64,000 nt of DNA from Dudresnaya verticillata (Eukaryota): positions 1 to 64,000 of the forward strand of contig OZ374562.1 of NCBI GenBank assembly GCA_977862235.1, given 5' to 3'. Made by a program: the position numbers and the translations under genes. This document shows positions 1-11,732 of this stretch, piece by piece. Position 1 is the stretch's first letter; the number at the start of each line of letters is the position of its first letter. The notes below the pieces were generated by a model. It had not been told where the DNA came from. It made no database searches and worked only from the letters and a program-made list of their open reading frames with translations.

Positions 1-1609
1 TAAACCCCTAAAACCCCTAAACCCCTAACCCCTAAAACCCCTAAACCCCTAAACCCCTAAAAACCCCTAAACCCCTAAAACCCCTAAAAACCCCTAAACC
101 CCTAAAACCCCTAAAAACCCCTAAACCCCTAAACCCCTAAACCCCTAAAACCCCTAAAACCCCTAAACCCCTAAACCCCTAAAAACCCCTAAAACCCCTA
201 AAACCCTAAAACCCCTAAACCCCTAAACCCCTAAACCCCTAAACCCCTAAAACCCCTAAAACCCCTAAAACCCCTAAAACCCCTAAACCCCTAAACCCCT
301 AAAACCCCTAAACCCCTAAACCCCTAAACCCCTAAACCCCTACCCCTAAACCCCTAAACCCCTAAACCCCTAAACCCCTAAACCCCTAAACCCCTAAACC
401 CCTAAACCCCTAAACCCCTAAACCCCTAAACCCCTAAACCCCTAAACCCCTAAACCCCTAAACCCCTAAACCCCTAAACCCCTAAACCCCTAAACCCCTA
501 AACCCCTAAACCCCTAAACCCCTAAACCCCTAAACCCCTAAACCCCTAAACCCCTAAACCCCTAAACCCCTAAACCCCTAAACCCCTAAACCCCTAAACC
601 CCTAAACCCCTAAACCCCTAAACCCCTAAACCCCTAAACCCCTAAACCCCTAAACCCCTAAACCCCTAAACCCCTAAACCCCTAAACCCCTAAACCCCTA
701 AACCCCTAAACCCCTAAACCCCTAAACCCCTAAACCCCTAAACCCCTAAAACCCCTAAACCCCTAAAACCCCTAAACCCCTAAACCCCTAAACCCCTAAA
801 CCCCTAAACCCCTAAACCCCTAAACCCCTAAAACCCCTAAACCCCTAAACCCCTAAACCCCTAAACCCCTAAACCCCTAAACCCCTAAACCCTAAACCCC
901 TAAACCCCTAAACCTAAACCCCTAAACCCCTAAACCCCTAAACCCCTAAAACCCCTAAACCCCTAAACCCCTAAACCCCTAAAACCCCTAAACCCCTAAA
1001 CCCCTAAACCCCTAAACCCCTAAACCCCTAAACCCCTAAACCCCTAAACCCCTAAACCCCTAAACCCCTAAACCCCTAAAACCCCTAAACCCCTAAAACC
1101 CCTAAACCCCTAAACCCCTAAACCCCTAAACCCCTAAACCCCTAAACCCCTAAACCCCTAAAACCCCTAAACCCCTAAACCCCTAAACCCCTAAACCCCT
1201 AAACCCCTAAACCCCTAAACCCCTAAAACCCCTAAACCCCTAAACCCTAAACCCCTAAACCCCTAAACCCCTAAACCCCTAAACCCCTAAACCCTAAAAC
1301 CCTAAACCCCTAAAACCCCTAAACCCCTAAACCCCTAAAACCCCTAAACCCCTAAACCCCTAAACCCCTAAAACCCCTAAACCCCTAAACCCCTAAACCC
1401 CTAAAACCCCTAAACCCCTAAACCCCTAAACCCCTAAACCCCTAAACCCCTAAACCCCTAAAACCCCTAAACCCCTAAACCCCTAAACCCCTAAACCCCT
1501 AAACCCCTAAACCCCTAAACCCCTAAACCCCTAAAACCCCTAAACCCTAAACCCCTAAAACCCCTAAAACCCCTAAACCCCTAAACCCCTAAACCCCTAA
1601 ACCCCTAAA
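1..1609 (+). repeat. Telomeric repeat array (CCCCTAAA)n, G-strand TTTAGGGG; chromosome end
   Basis: About 200 tandem C4TA3 units from base 1, C-rich strand running 5'->3' inward as expected at a left chromosome end. Variant units have A4/A5 or C3. Ends abruptly at 1609. Confidence 0.98.
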
Positions 1610-2726
1610 TATTCTCCCTTTTTGTACAGGAGCGCCTAAGACGGCCAGCTGCGTGAGAAGCCAAGCGCGCTAGACTTTGTTGGGAACGAAGCGAGACTAG
1701 GGCGATGAAGAGGGTATCGCCGACGGAGTGGTGACGCTTGATTGCGCTGCTGACGGAGCTGCAGACGAAGGGCGAGAAGAAGGCGATTCAAGGGAGTTAG
1801 GGGTGGGCGGAGGGGTTGCGTGTGCAGGAGGGGAAGCAGGGGGGGTGATGCGGATGGAGACTTGATGCCCGAGGAAGGCGACTCGGAAGTCATGATGGCG
1901 GAAGATACCGGAGGAGGCAGAAGGGAGGGAAGCCTCTCGGCGGATCTGAACAGTCGAGAAAGATAGTGTGCTCCGGCTGGGTCGCACCGACTAAAACAGT
2001 CGTTTTCGAGACAAACGCAAAATAGCATACATTTTAACTGATGTGAGCGTTCCTAATTAAAACGATGTCTGGTGCAATGGACTAAATATGCCCGCATTTA
2101 GTGTCATTTTCTGTTAATTAAAAACGGCTACTGTACACGAATTACATTGAGCAATGGGAGGCGGATCTACGCCCCTGTGGCGGCGTATAATCGGGAAATA
2201 TCCCAACGCCGCACCAATGATCAGGCGCCAATTACGCGTCTGAGGCGCAGATGATTTCGCGCCAGGCGCCAATCACGTGTCGCATCACGGCGCCGTCCAG
2301 CAATGCCAGCGCCTTACAAGGCATTGGCCCGTTACGACTTACAGCGTCGAGCGCCCACTTGGCGCAAATCGCCGTTGTGCCACATCACGTACCTTCTTTT
2401 CTTCTTTTTCTCTAGACTACTTCTATATAGTGATATCTAGTCTCCAGGACGTCTGAAATTCCAGCCACTTCAAGCCGGGAGCACCACCAACGCTGCAAAT
2501 TACCGTTACTATCACAGATGTATCTGAACCGCTCTCAACAAATACACAGATGCAATTCAGATTTACTAGGACCGCAATTCCTCGTGTACCTTTTGTGTAT
2601 TAAGAGATGACCACTGACAGCTGCTTGCCGCGCTAACACTGTGTACACTAGGAAGAAAAGCTTCATAACCGTCACAGTCTTGCAGCAAAACCCCTGTACT
2701 TCAACTCCAATATTCCCTTCATCAAC

Positions 2727-4361
2727 ATGCAGTATCCTCTGGCGTTTCAAACTCTTCTCCCGCTCTCCCGGCTATTTCCACCGCCTGGGTTCTTAAACCG
2801 ACGAAAGGGTACTGTGTGCGTCACCGAGCCACCGCCAATACCTGCAACAAGAAACCTTGTTAGTCATGGATTTCGCAACATCCCTGAAGTGCGCAACCCG
2901 CTCGTCATTCCATTTGACAACCCTTGCCCTTCATATCTTGCTGATCACATCTTCTACCGCATGACCTCCGCCATTTTTGAAGCAAACCATGCTGATGGCA
3001 GCGTGTGGAGAGCCGAGCATTGGTTTGACGCCATCGGCGCCGCCCACTCATTCAGGTTTGACAAGCACGCAAAAGTAGTTACTTATAGAAGCAAGGTAGT
3101 AAGTAGCGACCTCCTGGAAGCTATTCGGTCGCAATCAAGGACTGAGTTCAGGCCCACGCAAGCAATTATGCCCAAGCCTGTCAACACGCTACACAGGTTA
3201 AAGCAGATGTTCTCCGACGTTCAGAGAGATGATATAACAGGGAGGCCACTTGTAAATGTATGTTTGTCGTTGGAAACCATACCAGGACGTGGACTTAGTG
3301 CGCGCACGGACGCCAATGTGGCACAAAGATTGGACCCGAATACGCTTGAGCCGCTGGGGAAGTTCAGTTTCGACGAGGTCCATCCGAAGCTGTCGGGATA
3401 CACAGCAAGCTCTCACGGTGTGTACGATCATACTAACGATGAGTACATCAATTACGTGGTGCGCAGCTTTGGAGCAAAGCCTGGGTGTGTGGAATACACA
3501 CTGTTCAAGATCGGGAGAGATGGGCGAGGAGAGCTTATTTCGTCGTTTCGGGAGCCGCTATACTTAATTCACAGTTTTGCTGTGACGGAGAATTACATAG
3601 TGATGGTGCTGTGGCCGGCAGAGATAGACATGAGTCGGATAATGTTCACGAAGGAGCTGGGGAGCTGTGTGGAAATGCGGAAGGGCCGGGCAACAAAGTT
3701 CATCGTGGTGTCGCGGGAAGAGCAAAAGATCGTTGCGCGTTACGAGCATGAGGCATTCTTTTGTTTTCATGTGATTAACTCGTTTGAGAGAGATGATTCT
3801 ATTGTGATAGATTTGTCTCGATATCCGGATACAGGTTGTATTGAGAAGCAAACAATAGGTACTATTACGTCTGGCGAAAGTGTGGGAGAGGTAAGGCCGA
3901 CGCGGTTTTGTCTGGATGGACTATCAAAGGCTATCTCTAGCGGTTCATCTGCAGTGTACCAAGCCAGTTCTCGGGAGCTTGCCGACATCTTCTTCGAGGA
4001 TCCGCAGGTATCGCCTGCAGTGAGAATGTGCGAGTACCGTTATGCGTACGGGGTATCTGACGGCGGGGAGGGGGGTTTCTTTGCGGATATTTCCAAGCTG
4101 GACGTGTCTACGGGTGATGTGCTGAAATGGGGGAAACGGGACTGCTTTGTGGGGGAGGCTCTCTTCGTGCCGGACCCGAATGGAACAGCGGAGGACGATG
4201 GATGTTTGCTCGTTGTGGTGCTAGATGGACACCAAGAACGAAGCTCGTTAGTTGTTTTGGAAGCACGGACGATGGTGGAAGTGAGTAGGGCGACTCTACC
4301 ATTTATCGTCCCGCATGGGTTTCACTCGTTTTTTAGCAGAGCGGATAGTGCTTTGATGTAA
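2727..4361 (+). CDS. Carotenoid cleavage dioxygenase / RPE65-family oxygenase
   Basis: 544-aa ORF with HWFD motif and four iron-ligand-type histidines (ASSHG, LIHSFAVTENY, FHVINSFE, PHGFHSFF). Also EALFVPDPNGTAEDDGCLL. No introns needed. Confidence 0.93.
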   Translation: MQYPLAFQTLLPLSRLFPPPGFLNRRKGTVCVTEPPPIPATRNLVSHGFRNIPEVRNPLVIPFDNPCPSYLADHIFYRMTSAIFEANHADGSVWRAEHWFDAIGAAHSFRFDKHAKVVTYRSKVVSSDLLEAIRSQSRTEFRPTQAIMPKPVNTLHRLKQMFSDVQRDDITGRPLVNVCLSLETIPGRGLSARTDANVAQRLDPNTLEPLGKFSFDEVHPKLSGYTASSHGVYDHTNDEYINYVVRSFGAKPGCVEYTLFKIGRDGRGELISSFREPLYLIHSFAVTENYIVMVLWPAEIDMSRIMFTKELGSCVEMRKGRATKFIVVSREEQKIVARYEHEAFFCFHVINSFERDDSIVIDLSRYPDTGCIEKQTIGTITSGESVGEVRPTRFCLDGLSKAISSGSSAVYQASSRELADIFFEDPQVSPAVRMCEYRYAYGVSDGGEGGFFADISKLDVSTGDVLKWGKRDCFVGEALFVPDPNGTAEDDGCLLVVVLDGHQERSSLVVLEARTMVEVSRATLPFIVPHGFHSFFSRADSALM

Positions 4362-4929
4362 CGCGTGCTTGGGCGCCTTGCGCCAATGTGCCATTTTCTT
4401 GCTACATGCGGGAGGAACAAGGCCTAGCGGGGGGATGTGTATTTGTACTAGAACTAATGGGGACGTTGCGAAGCACAGGCGGCGCCGCACGGCCTCGCGG
4501 AGTCAATCGTTGCTTTGAATGAGACGCAGCGATTTGCCTTTCGAAGACTATTAGCAAGAGAGATTGCGGACCATGAATGGCCGCTACCCAATACATTTGC
4601 AAACTTTTGTCCTCCTTCGGAATGTCATGCAGTAACGTGCACCGTACGTTCAAGGGCAGTCATCACCATTGCACAACGTTGGTCAACAATTGGACCCATG
4701 CTTTGTTACGCGACTCATTTGTGCGGATAAGACCAGCTCTGGAAGGTCACTGGAAGGAGCATTGCGTACAAATGAGCCGATCAAACACAGCAAGGCATTC
4801 GGCAGCACGCGCCGCGCATGCTGACGTGCTGTGCTCGATGTACCTTCGGTAAAGGGCACTATCACACAAAGCCAGCAAACCAATCAACTCCAGCATTGAT
4901 GAAACTCTTCGACAACACTCTTTGACGAT

Positions 4930-6020
4930 TCCGTGCGTGTCCGCCGCGGCCCAGCGTGGCCACAAAACTGGGACGCACCGATTTGGTCATGTTCCAAAGC
5001 GCACATCCTCCGAAATTTGCAGCAGAAAATTGCTAAGCTGCCTTGGGGTCGGTTGGAGGCTGGACTCTTCATCAGTCAGCGCCCACTCGAGGACGGCGGC
5101 GACGGAAGGTATGAATCCACGTGAGACTTGCTTCAAAGATAATTGTTTTCGGATATCCGCTGAAACACAGAAACAGGGATGCCGTGTACGAACATGTGCT
5201 TATCACTGCATCATATTCCCGGAAAGGGCTCAACGCTAGAATGGATGACAATTTCTCCGCAAACATTAGACCCTTTCATGCTTGAGCATCGCGGCAAGTT
5301 CACTTCGGAGATGTTGATCCGAAGCTGTCTGGATTGACGTCGGGGTCACATGGTTTTTGCGATAAGGAAAAGTGGGAACATATGAATTATGTTGTGCGCA
5401 ACTCTAGGTTTTGCCAGGCTGCGTAACGTGCACTTTGTTCCGGGAGCCACTGAGTGTACTTCACAGCTTTGCCGTTAGAGAAAACTATTTTGTCATGGTT
5501 CTCTGGCGTGTTGAGATGCACAACTGCAATATGATATTCACGAAGGAGTTTGGCAGCGCGGCGGGGATGAAGAAGAACCGGATCACGAAGTTGGTAGCAG
5601 TTTCAAGGAACGAGCGAACGAGCGGAAGGTTGTGGCAAAGTACGAACACAGGCCCTTTTCCTGCTTTCACATGATAAACGCAGCTGAGACAGGTGATTCG
5701 ATCATGATGACTTGTCACGTATGATATGGAATGCTTTGAAAAGCAAGCAATTGAGGCAATAACACACGGAGAAAGCGTGGCTGAAGTGGGACCAACGAGG
5801 GGTCACCCTGTGCCCCTGGGCGAATTGTCCACAGCAATTTCGGGATGGGCCATCTGTGCTACACAAAGCAAGTTGCAAGGTACTCGTCGAAACCTTGTTC
5901 GAGCACGCTCAAGTATCTCCGGTAGTGAAACAGCGGCCGCACCGGTATGCGCATGGGTGTCTGAACAGCAGAGCGGGGGTTTCTGAACGGGCATTGCCAA
6001 GCTGGGTGTTTTGAAGGGTT
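4930..6020 (+). pseudogene. Degenerate tandem copy of the carotenoid cleavage dioxygenase
   Basis: Colinear fragments with stops and frameshifts match 2727-4361: LFSDIR*..NMCLSLHHIPGKG vs MFSDVQR..NVCLSLETIPGRG; DPKLSGLTSGSHG vs HPKLSGYTASSHG; FREPLSVLHSFAVRENYFVMVLW vs FREPLYLIHSFAVTENYIVMVLW; GESVAEVGPTR vs GESVGEVRPTR; GGF*TGIAKL vs GGFFADISKL. The C-terminus is missing and the ends are approximate. Confidence 0.88.
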
Positions 6021-7307
6021 GTGGTGCTAGATGCGAAGATAAAGACGGAAGTGAGCCGTGCGACGTTGCGGTTTCACTCCTTTCTTTCTGCCAAACTAGG
6101 GTAAAACAAAACAGGGTTTGGGCTGTTCGGCCCAGCGCCAGCGCTGTTTGGCGACAAGCCTCAGGGGCCTGAGTTCCACTGGGCACTTGTGCCCATAGGC
6201 GATACAGCGAAAATCGCGAGCGTCGTTTACTAACAGCAGCAGTGTCAAAACAGTGCAGTACTGTAGTGTGCAACACAAGTAGCACTGGTGTTACTACCAC
6301 TATGACTTTAAATTCGCAGCGGATGAAAGGCTTTGCGTTGTAGTGGGCAGGCGCCATCAGCACATACTCAGCGTTCAGCTGCAGCATTCTGCTACCTCCT
6401 CCTGTTCCCCAGATTATGCGTATGATGACCTCAAAAAGTGCTATGGAGCCAATATTGCATACTGTATATATGCGTGTACGACGTCCTTTAGCAGTGTAAA
6501 AATCCGTCACACATGCCCGCCCGCCCCGCGCCCACTGCATTCAGGTTGCACGCTACCAACGACGCTACCATTGCCCTTAGCTCGCAGATTATAGCACACT
6601 ATTTTCCATATTTTCTGGGTTGCTCAGAGACTTATTTCGACCGAGAAGGGCGTCTTCGCTCTCGCGACTGTGCTCGCTCCATTGGCACTCGGGCCATAGT
6701 TAGACCCTCGGCTGCACGTCGGGCGATTGTAGTCCTAGTGTAAAAGAGTAAGCTCCCGAGGTCACACCCTGGAAATATCAGGGCTACTACGAGTCGGTAG
6801 TTGAATAAAGGTCTAGGCCGCGAGGGCCGACGGAGAGATGCAGAGGCATCGACAGAGTATCTCGTTTCATGGTAGCATCACAGGCCCAATGTCGCTTCAC
6901 CACGAGCAGTGTGGTAACTCATACAAGTATGCTACTGCAGTGAAGAACTATATGTAGAAATAGGAGAGGTTGATGGTGCAGTCTCTCGCAAGGTTTCTTC
7001 ACTGGAAAGTCAAGCCCGAAGTGTTCGTCATATGATCCGATTCCAGCGATTCCCTGTCATTTCGTATGTTGCTGTACTAGCAACACGCATTCTCCTCCGC
7101 TGCAAAAAGACGAATGTCGCAGGCAAGTCCCATGGGCAATATCTCCCCGCACGCAAATATGCAGAGTATGTAGAGTTTGATCACAGCTGGCGAGAGCTTT
7201 TCATGGCACTCGTGATCCATGACCCTTCCATACCACGCGATATTACTTCAGACGCCAGAAGCCTCAATAAAGCGACGAGGAGCACCACGCGACAAATCTC
7301 GATTAGC

Positions 7308-7380
7308 ATTATTGTCTCATACTGTTCTATTCAGTAAAACATTATTGCATACTGTTTTATTCAGTAAAACATTATTGCAT
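7308..7380. repeat. Short tandem duplication, ~30-bp unit (cattattgcatactgttttattcagtaaaa) x~2.4
   Basis: Directly visible, about 240 bp upstream of the nucleotidase start. Confidence 0.8.
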
Positions 7381-7618
7381 CCGCAGTTCACCATGCGCTT
7401 CGTTTCGAGTTTGGACACGTCAAAATGCCACAGTATTTGTCATTCCATATTCCATGATGATGTACAGTATAAGAAGAGGGTAAAACTCTCAGAGAGATTC
7501 CTCGTGAAGCTTCCCCTAGAAGGTCAGCAGCCCGCCTTCCCAGATCTGTTTCCATTCAATATACCTCAAGGTACCACGCTTAGCCTGCTGGGACAATTTT
7601 TCGGCGCCCTGACCCACC

Positions 7619-9461
7619 ATGCGTCCAATCTTCGTGCTCCTGCTAGCGCTGATTTCTATTGAAGCAACCTCGTTGCGCGTCTGTCATACGGTAAGTCTAC
7701 ACTCAGCCTGCATGGCGTCTTCTCCGTGCCGGGATTTCTTTTTGCACAAGCAACACAAAACTGACGTTGCCATTTCCGGCCCCAAAACAATCCCCAAATC
7801 ACGGACGAGCAATCCTTTTGCAGAACGATTTCCATGCAAAGTACCTTGAGATTGGTTCACAGAATGTCAAGTGTACTTGGGATGCCTCTGTCCAAGACAA
7901 GTGCTACGCCGGGTTGGCTCGCCTGGCCACCGCAATGAAATCGTTAGCTTGCGACGTAAAGGTCCAGGCTGGCGATTGGGTACAAGGCTCACTACTGGAC
8001 ACTGTATTCAAACAAGCCATTGCGATCGAAGCCTATCGTTGGATCAACTACGATTTTGCAACGTTTGGAAACCATGAGTTTGATTATGGAAATGGCTTGA
8101 TCAACGATACCATTCGCGCAATTGCTCCTTTCACTACCTGGATCTCCTCTAATGTATTTTTCGAGGGCCAGGGAATGGAAGATTTACCAATCGCCCGTTT
8201 TTCAAACCTTCACGGCATTTGCTGGGTAGCGGCGCTGACAACCGAAACGATGGTACTCTCTGCAGTCGAGGACAACGTCAGTATGACTGATGAAGATGAT
8301 TCGATGCGCAAAGGCATAGCGAAGTGCGACCAGCAAGATCGTGTCATCGCAATCACTCATCAGGGATACAAGAATGACCTCGAAACTTGTCGCAACGTCA
8401 AGGAGATTGATGTCATCATTGGAGGACATACGCACACTAATCTGGATAATGGCCAATATCCAGTTAAGATAACTAGAGAGGACGGCTCAATCTGCTATGT
8501 CACTCAAGCGTATGCACACGGTCGTTACATTGGGGTTTTGGACGTCGAGTTTGATGATGCTGGCTCTGTCTTGCTTCCTGGCAGCGCCTATCTGCCGGTG
8601 GATTATCGGATTGCACGGAATATTGATGTGGGAATTAAAGTCCAGCAGTTTAACATTCAGGTCAACAAGGAGGTGCAAGAAGTTATCGGGCAGGTGACAG
8701 ACATCGTCGCTGGGGGTAGTATTGCATGCCGGGGCCCAATGGAAGTACCAGGAGAAGAGGCTGTAATGGGCGAGTGCGCAATGGGGGATCTCCTTTGTGA
8801 CGCAGTCATCGATTCAGTTGGTGGAGACCTTGACAGAACAATCCCGGTAGTTTGCCTGCAAAACGGAGGCTCGCTTCGAAATTCATATAACAAAGGTGAT
8901 GTAACGATTCGCGATGTTGTTAACGTTTTGCCGTTCGGTAACTCTATCGCGGCCATGAAATTAAGAGGGGCGGATGTTATTGCGGCTCTTGAGCACGGGC
9001 TATCGCTTTTCGCTGGGGACAATCGTGGGGGCTTCCCGGGTGGCCTTGGTAACATGGATGTGTTGACAAAAGTGGATGGCAGCAAACCCATTGGTGAGCA
9101 GGTCGAGATTGTGAGAGTGACTATCGATGGGGTTGACCTCGATGCTAATGCAGATTACACTCTGCTAACCAACAGCTACGTTGCGGGTGGTGGTGATGGG
9201 TACTCTTGGCCTGTTGAGTACGAGGATCTCGGGACTCTGCTGCGTGAGGCTATGCAGGCGTACCTAGAGAAACATAGTCCGTATGACCCCATCACGCTGC
9301 CCAATGCTCGGTTGTTGATGAGCGGTGAGAACACGGAGGGTCTGGTTTACGCAGAAGAGAAGCCCGGCAAGGCGTTTGAGATGGAGCTCGACGAAAACGA
9401 CCCAACTCCACCGGCACCGCAACCAACCCAGGTTTGCATCGCTGGTAGGTGCGCAGCTTAG
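7619..9461 (+). CDS. Secreted 5'-nucleotidase/apyrase (calcineurin-like metallophosphoesterase plus C-terminal 5'-NT domain); exons 7619-7690 and 7824-9461
   Basis: Exon 1 encodes a signal peptide, MRPIFVLLLALISIEATSLRVCHT. A phase-0 intron at 7691-7823 (GTAAGT...CTGAC...TTTTGCAG) joins it to NDFH, rebuilding the HTNDxH motif. Downstream motifs: AGDWVQGS, GNHEFDYG, THQG, IIGGHTH, NGGSLR, LPFGN, YVAGGGDGY. Confidence 0.92.
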
Positions 9462-9859
9462 TAATGAGGTGCTGAGTCTGGCACGGCATGACGTGCACAT
9501 TGCAGCGGAGAAAATAAAGGAATGCTTTCTCGCGTAGTCGTTCAGAAAAGAGCCGTAGCACGAGCCTTCCACTGGCGGCGGGTAAAATGGCCATTGCAAC
9601 TGATAGGATCGGATCAACCTGCCGGATGGTTGAAGCACAGCTTTTGAGTTGCGCTCCGACCTACTGTAAGGCCAATCTGGGTCGAGAAAATGCAGCAAAC
9701 CACCGGAGAAAACTTCTGCAACCGCCCGCCTACTCGCTTCACTCGACGTTTCGCCACTCTGCGGCCTTCTTGTTGCTGCTATTCAAGGCGCTCAACCGCT
9801 CGCAACAAGGGCGCTACCACTGTCACAGCCATCGCCACTACCGCGTTGACTTCTCTGCA

Positions 9860-10690
9860 ATGACCGCTACTCACACCTTGCGCGCTGCGGGCAGTTCGCA
9901 GGTCACGATCCACTGCCATGGTGCACATGTCACATCGTGGATCAACGCCGCTGGTCGCGAGATGATTTATACATCCCCAAGCGCTATCTACAATGGCGAG
10001 AAGGCCATTCGCGGTGGCATCCCCATTTGCTTTCCGCAGTTTGCGAAGCATGGCCCGCTGCGCCAACATGGCTTTGCGCGCAACCTCCCGTGGGCAATCG
10101 ACGAGTCGTTTGTGCACCCGGCTGGAGGAATCGCCGTTCGGTTTATCTTGACTGATACTGAAGGTACCCGCTCGGGCCTGTGGCCCCATCTCTTCACCGC
10201 CGCCTATACTGTTGAGCTATCTCCAGACGGAAACTCGCTTTCTGTTACCCTGGACGTGACAAACAAAGGTCAAGACTCATTTTCTTTCACTACTGCCCTG
10301 CACTCCTACTTCACATGCGAAGCAGAGACCACCACTCTGCCAGACTTGAAAGGAGTCTCGTATGCAGACAGCATTGATCCACAGAAACCGGGAACCGTCA
10401 AGACACAAGAGGGGGTAATCCGTTTTGGGAAGGAGGTCGATCGGGTGTACAAGTCTACTCCTGATGTTCTGACGATTCCACAAGTAGCATTGTCAATTGA
10501 GAAGACCAACTTGCCAGATGCAGTTGTTTGGAATCCGTACATTGAAAAAGCTGGAGCTCTCTCAGACATGCCGGACGATGGCTGGAAGCATTTTGTGTGT
10601 ATTGAGCCTGGTCGTGTGGATGAGCCGGCTGTCGTGGGACCTGGCGAGACCTGGTGCTGTCAGGTTACAATGGTGTCATCGCCCTCGTAG
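9860..10690 (+). CDS. Glucose-6-phosphate 1-epimerase (aldose 1-epimerase family)
   Basis: Motifs GAHVTSW, KAIRGGIPICFPQF, QHGFARN, FTTALHSYF, EVDRVY, DAVVWNP, FVCIEPG. The likely start is the ATG at 9860 (MTATHT); the ORF's upstream extension is probably not translated. Confidence 0.93.
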   Translation: MTATHTLRAAGSSQVTIHCHGAHVTSWINAAGREMIYTSPSAIYNGEKAIRGGIPICFPQFAKHGPLRQHGFARNLPWAIDESFVHPAGGIAVRFILTDTEGTRSGLWPHLFTAAYTVELSPDGNSLSVTLDVTNKGQDSFSFTTALHSYFTCEAETTTLPDLKGVSYADSIDPQKPGTVKTQEGVIRFGKEVDRVYKSTPDVLTIPQVALSIEKTNLPDAVVWNPYIEKAGALSDMPDDGWKHFVCIEPGRVDEPAVVGPGETWCCQVTMVSSPS

Positions 10691-11732
10691 CTGTGGCATT
10701 TGGGTGGAGCAGTGGTATGTGATAGGGACTCGGCAGGGAAGTGCTTGTGGGTCTCGATGTGACAGCGACACGGGTGACAGCGACACGGTAGTCAGCTGGG
10801 CATACATGCATGCCAACGTTGTTTGGTCTCTCGCATGCTAGAACAGAAGTCAGGAAATGGGCTCGTCAAGAGAGCAGGTGAGGTATTTTGCATGGATTCA
10901 TGGGACAGGGCGCAAGCAAGAAGCAACGTGACGTCATGCGGGGCACTGTTCGTCCAGGAATGCACATACCTTCAGGAGGTGGTTGGCAAGGCGCGTACAC
11001 GTACAGTATTGCGCGGTGTAGAGCACAACACGGGCACTGCGGTGGAGCTTGACTGCAGTGTAGCACTGCGCTGCATTGCGGTGTGTTGAAGTCGTAGTCG
11101 AGTCCAACATTCCACATATTGATCGGACACAACCTGGGCATGCATGGCATGTACCGAGAAGGTATATTGATGCTGATGACTGCACTGGTGATTTCTAGGC
11201 GAGAGGAGAAGCCGGGGAGTGGTGCGGTGCGACGAGTGTTCGGCTGGCGCTGGTAGTGAAGATGTTCGACAGCAGCATCCTTGGAGCGAGTTGGCCATAG
11301 CGGCATGTACGAGGCGTAATACCGTAGCTCTGCAGAGAATACGATATGAGCGAGTTGCAGAGCCAAACCGCAATGCTGAGAGTGTTACTAGTGTCAATGT
11401 ACATAGTGTATTTGGAATGGGTATTTTCATCCAAAGAATAATAGCGCTGTCTGGCTTCTTGTTGACAGATAGAGGTGCACGGAGCTAATAACTGTCTCAT
11501 TACCCCTTAACATCAAGTCCTTTCCTAAAGCCTGTGCTATGTTAACGCCATTAGACAGACCTCGCTTACAGTTGCTCCGTCAGTCTTCTTTGCCGTGTGA
11601 GAGATGTGATAACCGTGCGTGCTTGCTGTCCCGGCCTCCCCCTCCCCATTGCCTTCGGCGTGATCGACCCAATTCGCCCTGTAGCTTTCCATTGGTGTAG
11701 CTAGGCTTCTGCCTTCTGCAGGAGCCTTATGC

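Noticed and set aside
1..1609. CRISPR array or satellite interpretation of the terminal repeat
   Set aside because: The 8-bp units have no spacers, lie at the sequence end, and show telomere strand polarity.
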